Positions 9,187-19,130 of a stretch of 64,000 bases of DNA are shown here, piece by piece. Under the pieces are notes generated by a model. It worked only from the letters and a program-made list of their open reading frames with translations. It ran no database searches and was not told the DNA's origin. Origin of the DNA: Phapecoctavirus DIJ07P1; sequence record OZ035743.1; one strand, written 5' to 3'. A program made the position numbers and the translations under genes. The first letter of the stretch is position 1. The number at the start of each line of letters is the position of its first letter.

Positions 9187-9674
9187 TGGAAAGTGAGATC
9201 TTACCAGGTGACGATACAGATTGGGAAACCATTATCAAAAAGATGATGGACCTTGAACAAGTTCAAATCGAAGCTGGTTTTTTAACAAACAAAAGGCATC
9301 CTGAATCAGATCTCACTATTCCTGCAATAGCAGCTATTCAACAATATGGTAATGAAACAAACAACATACCTGCTCGCCCTTTTATAACAGATGGTGCTGT
9401 TATCTCACAGAACAATATCGCTAAAAAGATGAAGCAGGTTTTTGCAAATTACCTAATGAACAATGTTGGGTTGGCTGTTTTTGAGCCTATAGCGAGAGCC
9501 TCTAGAGAAGGAATAGCTCAAGCGATTGCAATGCAACGTTATCGTCCTTTATCTCCTGTGACAATTAAGATACGACAAGATAAAGGCAACTATTCTAATC
9601 ATATCTTAATAGATACGGCATATATGATAAATGCAATCGAAACAAAAATCACAAAAAGCAAGTCTAAAAAATAA
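9186..9674 (+). CDS. hypothetical head-tail joining protein
   Basis: start overlaps upstream stop (ATAATGG). Confidence 0.3.
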   Translation: MESEILPGDDTDWETIIKKMMDLEQVQIEAGFLTNKRHPESDLTIPAIAAIQQYGNETNNIPARPFITDGAVISQNNIAKKMKQVFANYLMNNVGLAVFEPIARASREGIAQAIAMQRYRPLSPVTIKIRQDKGNYSNHILIDTAYMINAIETKITKSKSKK

Positions 9675-9675
9675 C

Positions 9676-9704
9676 TTGCATAAACTTTGTTTTTGATGTA
9701 TACT
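9676..9704 (+). promoter_or_regulatory. sigma70-like promoter TTGCAT-N17-TATACT
   Basis: -35 at 9676-9681, -10 at 9699-9704. Confidence 0.4.
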
Positions 9705-9719
9705 AAAAAGGAGATACAA

Positions 9720-10136
9720 GTGTTACTAGATCAATTTACTCTCCTTGATCTAACTGAATACCAAGGTCGTAGACGAGTCTACAAAGAGGCAGTTGGTTCA
9801 GTTATTGCTAACTTAGAAAGTAGTGTAGAATATGAACCATTTACTATTGAAGCGGCAAGCTTACAACCGATATCTGGTAAAACACTGAATGCACTACCCG
9901 AAGGTTACAGATCTAAGGCTCAATATAGTTTCTGGACTAAAACAGAGATGAAGGGGTTACAACAAGGAACAGAACAGTTATCAGATCAAATATTGATAGA
10001 TGGTAAATGGTATTCTGTTTATTCCCTTAAAGATTGGACCAGAACATCTTTCTTAGTCCATCATCACTGTGTTGCGATATTAGACGATCAAAACAACTCC
10101 TGGTCTTATGGAACAGAAGGAGGAAACTTTGGCTAA
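9720..10136 (+). CDS. hypothetical tail completion protein
   Basis: probable GTG start at 9720 after AAGGAG at 9707-9712 (track start 9687 lies inside the promoter). Confidence 0.3.
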   Translation: MLLDQFTLLDLTEYQGRRRVYKEAVGSVIANLESSVEYEPFTIEAASLQPISGKTLNALPEGYRSKAQYSFWTKTEMKGLQQGTEQLSDQILIDGKWYSVYSLKDWTRTSFLVHHHCVAILDDQNNSWSYGTEGGNFG

Positions 10137-10767
10137 TATTTACCAACAAATAGAAGCATACGAAAATGCCATCTACTTAAATATAGGTGGCTTCCTTCAA
10201 GAATTAGTGGGGTTGCCAGTCTATGTTATGGATAAGCCATTCATTAAACCGGATACTCCTTACCTAGCACTACGTATTATCACTTCCAGCGATTCTGGAG
10301 GTTGGTCTTACCGAAGCTCTATTCAAAATGACATGTATTCCTACGAGATGGATAATACCTACGAGATTGAACTTGTAGCCTATCGTGGAAGACCTACCAC
10401 TTTGATGAGCTATGTTCTGGCTGCTCTCCGTGGTGCAGAGGAATTAAAATACAAACATCTCTATTCTAAAGGTCTTGGTTTTTTAGGAGCCTCCAATATA
10501 GCTCAAGCCAATACAATTGTAGACGGAGATAAGACTGAATTAAGAGCGCGTATGGTTATGACGTTCAACACTCGTATGAGTATTGAAGATATTGCTACTA
10601 CACCAATAGAAGCAATCAACATGCACATCCGTTCATTCAGAGATAGTTACAATGATCCTATCCCTTTAGATTTAATTCTAAACAGGGTTTATGCAATTAC
10701 TTTGGTTCCAGGCGAATACTCGTCAGTTAATCAAAATGGATCATTATTTAACAACCCTACCGAATAA
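10108..10767 (+). CDS. hypothetical tail protein
   Basis: ORF track only; position before sheath gene. Confidence 0.3.
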   Translation: MEQKEETLANIYQQIEAYENAIYLNIGGFLQELVGLPVYVMDKPFIKPDTPYLALRIITSSDSGGWSYRSSIQNDMYSYEMDNTYEIELVAYRGRPTTLMSYVLAALRGAEELKYKHLYSKGLGFLGASNIAQANTIVDGDKTELRARMVMTFNTRMSIEDIATTPIEAINMHIRSFRDSYNDPIPLDLILNRVYAITLVPGEYSSVNQNGSLFNNPTE

Positions 10768-10801
10768 ACTCATTGGAATTAAGTTTCTAACAGGAGCATA
10801 A

Positions 10802-12175
10802 ATGGCAACTTTTCGTGAAAAGGTAGCAACCGTAACTTTACTGTATGGTGCTACATCAATTCGTGAAACCCAGTTCGATATTCCCCTGATCCTTACAGGT
10901 CAGAACGTAACTGGCGAAGCGATTCAATATTACTCTTCTTCCGATGCACTTTTGGAAGCAGGTTATGGATTAAATGATCCAGCGTATATTATGGCAGTCA
11001 AACTGTTTAACGGTTTGTTCCCACCAGATCAAGTCATGGTTGGTAAGCGTGAAGTTACAAACTTTACTCTAACTCCAATCGTAGAAGATAGTGCAACTTA
11101 CACAATTACCATCAAAAATGGTACCAAGAAAAAAGAATTTAAATTCATTGCTGATGACACTGCAACTGCACAAGAGATTGTAGTTGGTCTGACTGAAATG
11201 ATCAATGCAGATCTTGTTTATGGCCCACTGTTTACAGTAGCTAACAACGGTGCTGCAATGACTTTCACTCCAGTAGAAGGTAAGTTTGGTTCTATTGACA
11301 GCACAGGTTTCACTCAAGAAACTGTCTATGCTAATGCTATTACGGAAGATATTGCTGCTCTGCATGATATTGATAGTAGCTGGTTCTGGACCCTTTCAGA
11401 TTCCCATGAAACAGAAGATGTTCTAGCTTTGGCTGCATGGGTAGAAGAGAATGATAAAGTTTACTTCTTCTCTAGCTCTGAACCTGGAATTAAAACGAAA
11501 GCAGAAGATAACGTTCTGGAACGACTCAATGACCTCGGTTATAATAACACTTGCTTTGCTTTGTGGATGACCGATGCAGATTCTGTATTCCCAGAAGCGG
11601 CAGTTGTTGGTGCAATCTGTTCTCGTCAACCTGGTTTAACTACTCTTCACGGTAAAACACTGGTAGGTGTAGAGATCGAGAAACTGGATCAGACTTCGGA
11701 AAACAATATTGTTCAACAGAACGGTAACATCTATCGTAAAGAGCATGGAACTCTGTTCTATCGTGATGGATTGATGGTTAGCGGTTTCTTTGTTGACTAT
11801 GTTGTTCATGCTTTGTGGTTTAAAGCTCGCACAGAAGAATCACTGTTTACACTGTTTAAACAACAGTCTATGCTGGGTGGTGGTGTTCGTGCTACTTCAA
11901 ACGGTCTGGCTTTGATTCGACAAGCTGTTCTGGCTAACCCGATCCAAGTAGGTATCCTCAACGGTTCCATCGCTAATGAAGTTGTTACTTCTGAAGAGAC
12001 TGGTTTGCGTGTCGATCTGAAACCTATTGTTTATATTCCTTCTCGTGCCGATATGACCGATGCGCAAATCAATGCTCGTCTGGTTGATGGGATGAAGATT
12101 GAATATGTTTACGCTGGCTTCTTCCATTACGTTAAAGTTCAGGTCAACGTCCTGACTAACCGTACTGCAAACTAA
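10802..12175 (+). CDS. tail sheath protein
   Basis: 457 aa, followed by 159-aa tube, frameshifted chaperone and tape measure (P2-type order). Confidence 0.55.
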   Translation: MATFREKVATVTLLYGATSIRETQFDIPLILTGQNVTGEAIQYYSSSDALLEAGYGLNDPAYIMAVKLFNGLFPPDQVMVGKREVTNFTLTPIVEDSATYTITIKNGTKKKEFKFIADDTATAQEIVVGLTEMINADLVYGPLFTVANNGAAMTFTPVEGKFGSIDSTGFTQETVYANAITEDIAALHDIDSSWFWTLSDSHETEDVLALAAWVEENDKVYFFSSSEPGIKTKAEDNVLERLNDLGYNNTCFALWMTDADSVFPEAAVVGAICSRQPGLTTLHGKTLVGVEIEKLDQTSENNIVQQNGNIYRKEHGTLFYRDGLMVSGFFVDYVVHALWFKARTEESLFTLFKQQSMLGGGVRATSNGLALIRQAVLANPIQVGILNGSIANEVVTSEETGLRVDLKPIVYIPSRADMTDAQINARLVDGMKIEYVYAGFFHYVKVQVNVLTNRTAN

Positions 12176-12177
12176 TA

Positions 12178-12203
12178 CGGCGGGGGTTAAGCCCCCGTTA
12201 TCA
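12178..12203 (+). terminator. hairpin after sheath gene
   Basis: CGGGGG-TTAAG-CCCCCG at 12181-12197; weak T-tract. Confidence 0.4.
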
Positions 12204-12221
12204 AAATAAAGAGGATCTATA

Positions 12222-12701
12222 ATGGATAAAATGCTTACTGGCGTAATGGCCTACGACCCATCTCAAGTTATCCTTTCATTAGGTGGTTGGGAACCGTGGG
12301 GTTTTGCGGCTGATACTAAAATCGTTATTGCTAAATCTAACGATATTATCAACCCTTATTCAGGGACTGATGGGGACGTTTCATTAGCTTTGAGTCGTAA
12401 CCGTTTGGGAACACTCACAATGTCTTTGCAACGCACATCTCCAGCTAACGAAGTACTTGCAACATATGCACAAACAATGTATTCTACTCGTCAAGTAGCA
12501 TTCAGTGTTTACTTGGAAGACCCACGTGGCTATTACATTAGCACGATTGGATGGATTCAAAGTCAGCCTGAAGATACTATTGGCGAAATGATTACAGAGA
12601 ACCAATGGGTTATTGGTCTTAAAGATGCAAGCCTTCTGCGTAATGAAGTTGGTGTAGGTTTGAGCACCCTTAACTCAATCTCTGCTCTGACAATTCAATA
12701 A
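12222..12701 (+). CDS. tail tube protein
   Basis: 159 aa directly after sheath; terminator follows. Confidence 0.55.
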   Translation: MDKMLTGVMAYDPSQVILSLGGWEPWGFAADTKIVIAKSNDIINPYSGTDGDVSLALSRNRLGTLTMSLQRTSPANEVLATYAQTMYSTRQVAFSVYLEDPRGYYISTIGWIQSQPEDTIGEMITENQWVIGLKDASLLRNEVGVGLSTLNSISALTIQ

Positions 12702-12707
12702 TAAATA

Positions 12708-12735
12708 AAGGGCAGAAATGCCCTTTTTATCATTA
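12708..12735 (+). terminator. intrinsic terminator after tube gene
   Basis: AAGGGCA-GAAA-TGCCCTT followed by TTTTTATC. Confidence 0.6.
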
Positions 12736-12746
12736 GAGAGGAAAAT

Positions 12747-13229
12747 ATGTCACAAGAACAAGATAACACAATTCAAAAATATGCTCGACCAGAAGAAGTA
12801 GTTGAGATTCCGTTAGATGGAAACAGATCTGTTACTTTCCGTATTATGAAGTGGAGTCCATCTAAAGTGTTTGACAGGATTCCAGAATTGGGTAGTGTTC
12901 TGGTTGTTCCTATGACTATGTATAGCACAGCAACAATGTCCGCAGACGAAGACCTTGAGTCACGTATTGCTATGGCACTGATCCAACTTTTTGCTGGTTT
13001 AGAAGAAAAGAATTTAACTGTCTTTTTGCGTAAAATTTTAGATGAGGTTTATACTCAAGACGGTTATAACGTTGCAGAAAATTTTGATGAATTATTTATG
13101 GCTCACCCAGAACTAGTGTTAGATCTTACTGCTAAAGTTCTGGAGGTAAACTACGGCCCTTTTTTCAAACGAGGTTTCGGAAAACTGTTCACACAGCTTC
13201 AGGCGATGACGAGTTTAGCAGCAAATTAA
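12747..13229 (+). CDS. tail assembly chaperone (frame-0 product, gpE/gpG-like)
   Basis: between tube and tape measure; contains slippery heptamer near its 3' end. Confidence 0.55.
   Translation: MSQEQDNTIQKYARPEEVVEIPLDGNRSVTFRIMKWSPSKVFDRIPELGSVLVVPMTMYSTATMSADEDLESRIAMALIQLFAGLEEKNLTVFLRKILDEVYTQDGYNVAENFDELFMAHPELVLDLTAKVLEVNYGPFFKRGFGKLFTQLQAMTSLAAN
13160..13166 (+). other. -1 programmed frameshift slippery site T_TTT_TTC
   Basis: in-frame codons TTT TTC at 13161-13166; the -1 frame is open from 13166 through 13495. Confidence 0.6.
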
Positions 13230-13495
13230 CACCTGCGATTGAACATGCTATCGACACAGCAACGAAAACCCTTACTTTGAAGTGGTATGAGGTTATTCTT
13301 TGCAAAGTCGTTAAAGATACCTCGGAAACACTGAAAACATTGGATAGCTACGGTGTAGATTATCTTTTAAAACTATATGAGTATTTAACATACGAAGAGT
13401 ATGTTGAAGCCATGTATGTTAAAGACACTTCAATAAAGAGAAAACATCAAAACCAGACAAATAAAATGTCAGATTTGTTTAAGAAACTTGTTTAA
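13166..13495 (+). CDS. -1 frame extension of tail assembly chaperone (fusion product C-terminal part)
   Basis: frame 2 reads QTRFRKTVHTASGDDEFSSKLTPAIEHAIDTATKTLTLKWYEV... without stops; track ORF 13277-13495 is in this frame. Confidence 0.55.
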   Translation, partial: QTRFRKTVHTASGDDEFSSKLTPAIEHAIDTATKTLTLKWYEVILCKVVKDTSETLKTLDSYGVDYLLKLYEYLTYEEYVEAMYVKDTSIKRKHQNQTNKMSDLFKKLV

Positions 13496-13515
13496 TCCAA
13501 CACGAGGAACATACT

Positions 13516-15504
13516 TTGTTAGAAATTAACGCCTCCAAAATTAGTAACGTGGTTACGTTTAAGGTGGACAAGAACAGTCTCAAGGAAGCAAAAGATGCCG
13601 TGTTGAGTGTTCAGAAGTTTGCAAATAAAATGCAACCCACTATGAACATGACCAAGTTTAGACAACAAATGAAAGAGATTGAGCGTGAACTTAAGAAAGC
13701 TCAAACTCAAAGTCAAAAACCTATGCGAGCACCTACTCCCGCTGGAGCGGGTGCTCCTGTAGGCGGATCTGGCAGACCTAGAACTCCTAAAACCCCGCAA
13801 GGAAGAGAAGAAGAAAAAGCTCGTAAAGCTGCTGAACGCGAAGCTAAAGCAGCAGCACGTAGGGAAGACTTAGGTAATCTTCGTTTGCAGAACTTTAACT
13901 ATCGAGCAAGAGCATTTAGTAAAGCCAGTCCTGGCGCTATGCAAGAAGCTAGAGACGTTATGGGTAAAGCTGTAGAGCAATACAAAAAGGGTGAAATAAC
14001 TCTTCAACGTATGAACCAAGCTCTTGCTCACCAGTTGGATGCTTTACGCAGATCTCATCGTGAAAAGAATGCTGAAATAGAAGACGAGGTTCGCGGTCGT
14101 CGCCGTATTCGTAGAGAGTTAGAAGCAGAAGCTAAAATGCGTATACGTATGCGAAATCGTGAACTTAGGGATATAGAACGCAATCGTAAACGTGAATTAG
14201 CTCAACAAAGACGTGACCGTGATCGTCGATATGGACAATTAAAAGAAGGTGCAGCAGGTCTTAATCCACGCATGATTGCATCCTCTTTGATTGGTGCTGG
14301 GCTGTTTGCGGGTGGTTCTGTAGTTGGTAATACGTTGATGAATACTAACGAAAGAATTAAACTTGTAAGCCGTGGTGCTGAAAACGTTCAGACAAACGCC
14401 AACGCTATTTTGGCAATGACAGCTTGGGGTGAACAGAACGGTGTAGACTCTGCAAATATTATTAAGTCAATAGATAATATTAAAGACGTTCGTGAACGTC
14501 TTGGTAATACAGTTTTAGCCTCAAAATGGAATGAGAAAGAAGGGAAGTGGAAAGGCGGCGATAATGGCATAAATGACATTATGAACTTGTTTGGATGGAA
14601 TCCAGAACAGCTTAAACCTTTACAGAACGATCCTTTAGCTTTTATTCAGGCTACTGTTAATGAAGGTGAGCGTCGAGGTATGAACTCTGCTCAAATCGGG
14701 CGACTTCTTGAAAACCTTGGTGATGACCTTATGCACTACCAACGTATGTTTAGTAAAAACGGCGAAGGGTATAATGAAGTATTGAAAATGCTTCAAAGAA
14801 CAGGTGCAACATTAACTCAAGAACAAATAGATGCTTCTAAAGAGTTTACTCGTTTTGCTGCAACAGTTCAGCTTGTAGATCAAGGTATGCAGAACCATTT
14901 CTTAGAGGGTTTTGTGAAAGCCTTACCTAAAGATGATTCTTGGTTGGATAACGTTAAAGTGCTAGATCAGTTTGCCAAAGATTTAGGTGAAGAACTTGGT
15001 AAGACAACAGTGCAATTCGGAGGTTTTGCTAAAGAATTGGGAGATGGTTTCGGATCTTTTACCAATTGGCTTAAAGAAACATTCCCAGATACATTCGGAG
15101 ACAACACAGATCCTAATAAATCTATGGCACAAAAAGCATACGAGGCAACGCAAAGTGGAGACAGCAATCCTGTAGCAGATTGGTTGTACAATTTAACAGG
15201 TATTGATACACAAGATATTGGTCGTATGTGGAGAGGAGAACAAACAAGGACACGTGCTTTTGGATTTGGTAATCCTCTTGAAGATTTACGTGAATCAGCC
15301 TATACACCTAACGTAAGTTTGGCTCGTAATCAACCTGTTGTTGAGAATACGGTAGCAATACCAAGTGATCTTATCAAAGTTACGATCAGCCCTTCTTCAG
15401 AGTTTGGAAATATTCTTGATGCAAGAATTCAAAATAGCGGAAATAGCATTTTCCAACGTTTGTCTCTTTCAACTCTAAGTGGACAATCTAACACTGGTGG
15501 TTAA
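13516..15504 (+). CDS. tail tape measure protein
   Basis: 662 aa, long helical R/E/A-rich region; canonical position after chaperone pair; TTG start after GAGGA. Confidence 0.65.
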   Translation: MLEINASKISNVVTFKVDKNSLKEAKDAVLSVQKFANKMQPTMNMTKFRQQMKEIERELKKAQTQSQKPMRAPTPAGAGAPVGGSGRPRTPKTPQGREEEKARKAAEREAKAAARREDLGNLRLQNFNYRARAFSKASPGAMQEARDVMGKAVEQYKKGEITLQRMNQALAHQLDALRRSHREKNAEIEDEVRGRRRIRRELEAEAKMRIRMRNRELRDIERNRKRELAQQRRDRDRRYGQLKEGAAGLNPRMIASSLIGAGLFAGGSVVGNTLMNTNERIKLVSRGAENVQTNANAILAMTAWGEQNGVDSANIIKSIDNIKDVRERLGNTVLASKWNEKEGKWKGGDNGINDIMNLFGWNPEQLKPLQNDPLAFIQATVNEGERRGMNSAQIGRLLENLGDDLMHYQRMFSKNGEGYNEVLKMLQRTGATLTQEQIDASKEFTRFAATVQLVDQGMQNHFLEGFVKALPKDDSWLDNVKVLDQFAKDLGEELGKTTVQFGGFAKELGDGFGSFTNWLKETFPDTFGDNTDPNKSMAQKAYEATQSGDSNPVADWLYNLTGIDTQDIGRMWRGEQTRTRAFGFGNPLEDLRESAYTPNVSLARNQPVVENTVAIPSDLIKVTISPSSEFGNILDARIQNSGNSIFQRLSLSTLSGQSNTGG

Positions 15505-15511
15505 TAAAATA

Positions 15512-15536
15512 CCTCGCTTCGGCGGGGTTTTTTCGT
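15512..15536 (+). terminator. intrinsic terminator after tape measure gene
   Basis: CCTCGC-TTCG-GCGGGG stem with UUCG loop followed by TTTTTTCGTTT. Confidence 0.6.
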
Positions 15537-15541
15537 TTCCC

Positions 15542-15571
15542 TTGACACGAAGTTTCTATATGTGTTACAAT
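15542..15571 (+). promoter_or_regulatory. sigma70-like promoter TTGACA-N18-TACAAT
   Basis: -35 at 15542-15547, -10 at 15566-15571; followed by hairpin 15582-15600 plus TTTT. Confidence 0.5.
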
Positions 15572-15630
15572 AATCAATATGGGAAGATCTTGCATCTTCC
15601 TTTTGGCATTATCATTACTACGAGGTTATC

Positions 15631-16332
15631 ATGGCAGCAATGACTCCACAACAGTCGGTGAGAGCCGTCTATAAGGCAGAACAGGAAATCAACTCTACCG
15701 AGAATAAAAATACCTCGGCATCTACCGTAAAGGGTGATAATGGTTTCTGTATTTTAGCAAGTGTTTATAATAGTTCAAGCGATCAATACATTCAAAACTT
15801 TAAAGCAATTACTTTCGATTCAGTCCCTGAAATAGGTGTAACTCGTGAAGCAGACGTTACAAGTTTTCCTGTGGAATCAGGATCGGATGTAAGCGATCAT
15901 GTTCAGATAAAAAATAACAGATTTAAACTTTCAGGTATAATTACAGAAACACCAATTCGGCTTATGCGAGATCAATTATACAGTGCAGGTGTAAATGGAG
16001 CAAGGATTTCTCAAGCAATAGAATATCTAGACCAAATATTTGAGGCAAGACAACCAATAGTTCTTTTGACAGAACACAGAACTTTTGAAAATGTTATCCT
16101 CAAAGGTTATTCGTATGATTATAAATCTGAATTTGCTATGAAATTTGATTTAGAGTTTGAACAAATCCGTCTCGTTTCTAAGGCCACTACTAACGCTATT
16201 GCTGTAAAAACAGCACCAAATAAGTCAACTGGTGGTGATGTGAAAGGTCAAGTTGCTTCGAATGGTCCTAAGTCAGATATTACAGTAAGAACTGCTGAAG
16301 CTACTAATACCCCAACAAACAACGGAGGTTAA
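15631..16332 (+). CDS. hypothetical tail protein
   Basis: position after tape measure. Confidence 0.3.
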   Translation: MAAMTPQQSVRAVYKAEQEINSTENKNTSASTVKGDNGFCILASVYNSSSDQYIQNFKAITFDSVPEIGVTREADVTSFPVESGSDVSDHVQIKNNRFKLSGIITETPIRLMRDQLYSAGVNGARISQAIEYLDQIFEARQPIVLLTEHRTFENVILKGYSYDYKSEFAMKFDLEFEQIRLVSKATTNAIAVKTAPNKSTGGDVKGQVASNGPKSDITVRTAEATNTPTNNGG

Positions 16333-16334
16333 TA

Positions 16335-16748
16335 GTGACAACTTATTCTAAAACAACAAGGTCTACAAGTAATACAGGCTACAGTGCAGTTTATCTGGAG
16401 GACCATTCTACTTATTTTGCATGGTATCTGAAAACTGAAGAGTACCCTGATCAAACATATACAGTTACATTGGATGGAGTTGATTATGACATTCGTTTAA
16501 GGTGGAACACTAGGGACGAGTCTTGGCAATGTCAGATAGGATTATCTGGAGATGATCCAAGTATAAGTTTCAAAGTTACAAATGGTTTAGATCTTCTTAA
16601 ACCTTATAAATATCTTGAAAGTGTGCCAGATGGTCAATTGTATATAGTAGATACAGTTAAGATTAATGGTCGTCCTGGGTATACAACTACAGGTCGAGAT
16701 AAACGTTTTGTATTGGTTTATATTGATAACAAACCTAATCAGGCGTAA
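16335..16748 (+). CDS. hypothetical tail protein
   Basis: ORF track, tight gene packing. Confidence 0.3.
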   Translation: MTTYSKTTRSTSNTGYSAVYLEDHSTYFAWYLKTEEYPDQTYTVTLDGVDYDIRLRWNTRDESWQCQIGLSGDDPSISFKVTNGLDLLKPYKYLESVPDGQLYIVDTVKINGRPGYTTTGRDKRFVLVYIDNKPNQA

Positions 16749-16757
16749 GGAGATAAT

Positions 16758-17768
16758 ATGGCAGAAAGAGAGTATACAAAAGCTCCTGCCCCTAATTTAA
16801 ACAGGGCATACAAATTATTAATTGGTTCTGCCACAAACACAATACAGAAGAGAACTAAGAACTCGGCATTTAAATCTACAGTAGATTTGGATACCAAGTT
16901 AGGGACAACAGAAAAATCCTCTTCTAATTTGTATTTGTTGCAAGACCATCAAATAACCTTCAGTATTAAGAAAGATAATAACAAAGATCCTAACCAAGCA
17001 GAGATTGTAGTTTATAACCTTTCGGATGATACTGTTAACTATATAAACCGTGGTATCCGAAATAACTTGGCTGTTGCTTTAGCGGTAGGATACGAAGGTG
17101 AAGAGTTGGTTATGATCTTCAAAGGAACTATCCAGTGGGTTAGTGATACTTTTGACTCGGTAGACAGGAAAACCACTTTACACTGTTTGGATGGCGGTAT
17201 TAACATTGCAGAAGCAAGAACAAGTCGCAGTTATCCAAAAGGAACTAAAATCAAACGTGTTGTGACAGATTTGGTAAAGGATTTAGGAACTACAGAAGGT
17301 AATATACACGTAGACAATGATCAAACCTTATCTTCAGCAACAGCTATGTGTGGAAACACTTCACATTACCTAGAACATATTTGTAAAAGTATTGATCACA
17401 ATGTGTCAATACAAGATGGATCTGTTTATGTCACTCCTCGTTCACAAATGTCTAGTGCACGTAGCGCCTATATTAGCCCTGAAACTGGTCTGATAGGAAG
17501 TCCAGAACCATTCCACAACGATATAAAACCTACTAAAAAAGTTACCAAGTCCTCTAAGAAGGCAAAGAAACCTACAGACGGTGTTAAATTCAAATGCCAA
17601 ATGAATGGTGCAATATTACCAGAAAAAACAATCTGGTTAAAAAGCCGAGATTATGATGGTCCATTTAAAGTTGTTTCTGTTTCTCACAATGGTGATAAAG
17701 AGGGTAAAGAGTGGGTTACTGAAGTGGAGTGTGTATCCGTGTCTGAAATAATGACTAAGGAGAAATAA
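16758..17768 (+). CDS. tail/baseplate hub protein (gpD-like by position)
   Basis: 336 aa, immediately precedes gpV-like spike. Confidence 0.35.
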   Translation: MAEREYTKAPAPNLNRAYKLLIGSATNTIQKRTKNSAFKSTVDLDTKLGTTEKSSSNLYLLQDHQITFSIKKDNNKDPNQAEIVVYNLSDDTVNYINRGIRNNLAVALAVGYEGEELVMIFKGTIQWVSDTFDSVDRKTTLHCLDGGINIAEARTSRSYPKGTKIKRVVTDLVKDLGTTEGNIHVDNDQTLSSATAMCGNTSHYLEHICKSIDHNVSIQDGSVYVTPRSQMSSARSAYISPETGLIGSPEPFHNDIKPTKKVTKSSKKAKKPTDGVKFKCQMNGAILPEKTIWLKSRDYDGPFKVVSVSHNGDKEGKEWVTEVECVSVSEIMTKEK

Positions 17769-18502
17769 TGGATGCATTGAATTTTGTCACAGCAATGCGT
17801 GGCTTAATGACAGAACAATTAGCAGAAGTCCATACAGCCTTGCCAGTCCGTGTGACTGGCGTTAATTATGGTGCTAAAACTGTCACTTTAGAATCTATTG
17901 TTAAAAACACACGATCTAGTGAAGATGAAATAGATTATCCTACTTTTGAAGATGTTCCTTTTATGGTCAATGGCGGGGGGACAGGAAGAATCTCATTCCC
18001 TATTAAAGCTGGTGATTTAGGAACTGTTATATTTTCTGAAAGAGATCCTTCTAATGCACTGCAAACTAGTGGGGAAACCTCTTCATCATCCACTTTTATG
18101 CAGCCTTGTGGATTATACCCTATTTGTTTTATTCCCAAAATAGCTACAGGAACAGATTCAACAGAAGCTGTAGATTCTGAAAAGGTAGTTATTTCTAATA
18201 ACAAAAACACGTACGCTTCTTTCGACCCTACAGGTAATATTTCAATATGGAATAGTCAAGGGATGAAAATAGATATTACTACCTCTGGTATTACTATTAC
18301 AGATGGCACAGGGACTTTGGATTTAAAAGGTGGTAATTTAACTTTCAAAGGCGGCGTAGCAGATATTAATGGTCTTAAAATAGATCAGAACGGTTTGATG
18401 ACAGATGGTAATGGCATCGGATTCCATACTCACACGCACACGGTTCGTAACATTCAGAGCGGTAGCTCAAGTGCCGAGTCCTTAAAACCAACAGGAGCCT
18501 AA
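17768..18502 (+). CDS. baseplate central spike (P2 gpV-like)
   Basis: C-terminal NGIGFHTHTHTV matches the HxH metal-binding apex motif of gpV-type spikes (P2 gpV ...NGKVLHTHKH...). Confidence 0.55.
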   Translation: MDALNFVTAMRGLMTEQLAEVHTALPVRVTGVNYGAKTVTLESIVKNTRSSEDEIDYPTFEDVPFMVNGGGTGRISFPIKAGDLGTVIFSERDPSNALQTSGETSSSSTFMQPCGLYPICFIPKIATGTDSTEAVDSEKVVISNNKNTYASFDPTGNISIWNSQGMKIDITTSGITITDGTGTLDLKGGNLTFKGGVADINGLKIDQNGLMTDGNGIGFHTHTHTVRNIQSGSSSAESLKPTGA

Positions 18503-18503
18503 C

Positions 18504-19130
18504 ATGGGAATCCCTTTTGACTTAAAGCTTGGACCAAACAACGACCTCATCATGGACGATGGGGATTTGGTCCTCACCACAACCAGAACAGAAATTGCAG
18601 CACAAACTCTTGGGATAACTCTGAACACGTATCGTGGAGAGTGGTTTTTAAATACTAACTTCGGTGTTCCTTACTTACAAGAGATTATTGGTGTTGCTAG
18701 AAAGAAAGATATTGTAGACAGAATATTTTTAGCGGAGATTGCCAAAAACGTTTACATAGATACAATAAACAGTTATAAATCTGCTTATGATATGGACCAA
18801 CGTTATTACTCAATGACAGTTATGGTGACAGTTGGAGCAGATACAGTAACATCTATATTCAATACTCAACCTTCTGAAGAGTTTATTTACCCTGAAGCTG
18901 GTGAAGACAATGCAGCGATCACTTGTGAAGCTTACAGTATTGTTGAGAATTCGAATAGACTTTATCGCTTTATCAACTTTGTTGGTTTGCCACGTGATAC
19001 CTACTCTACTTGGTGGAATGAATGGTCTACAGAGTCAGCAGTGGAAAGAATCATGGTTAACGAAAAAGGTGATGCATTAGCTACAAACAATAATTTCGGT
19101 ATAACAGCTATGACAGGAGTAGAAGAGTAA
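18504..19130 (+). CDS. baseplate protein
   Basis: position after spike. Confidence 0.3.
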   Translation: MGIPFDLKLGPNNDLIMDDGDLVLTTTRTEIAAQTLGITLNTYRGEWFLNTNFGVPYLQEIIGVARKKDIVDRIFLAEIAKNVYIDTINSYKSAYDMDQRYYSMTVMVTVGADTVTSIFNTQPSEEFIYPEAGEDNAAITCEAYSIVENSNRLYRFINFVGLPRDTYSTWWNEWSTESAVERIMVNEKGDALATNNNFGITAMTGVEE

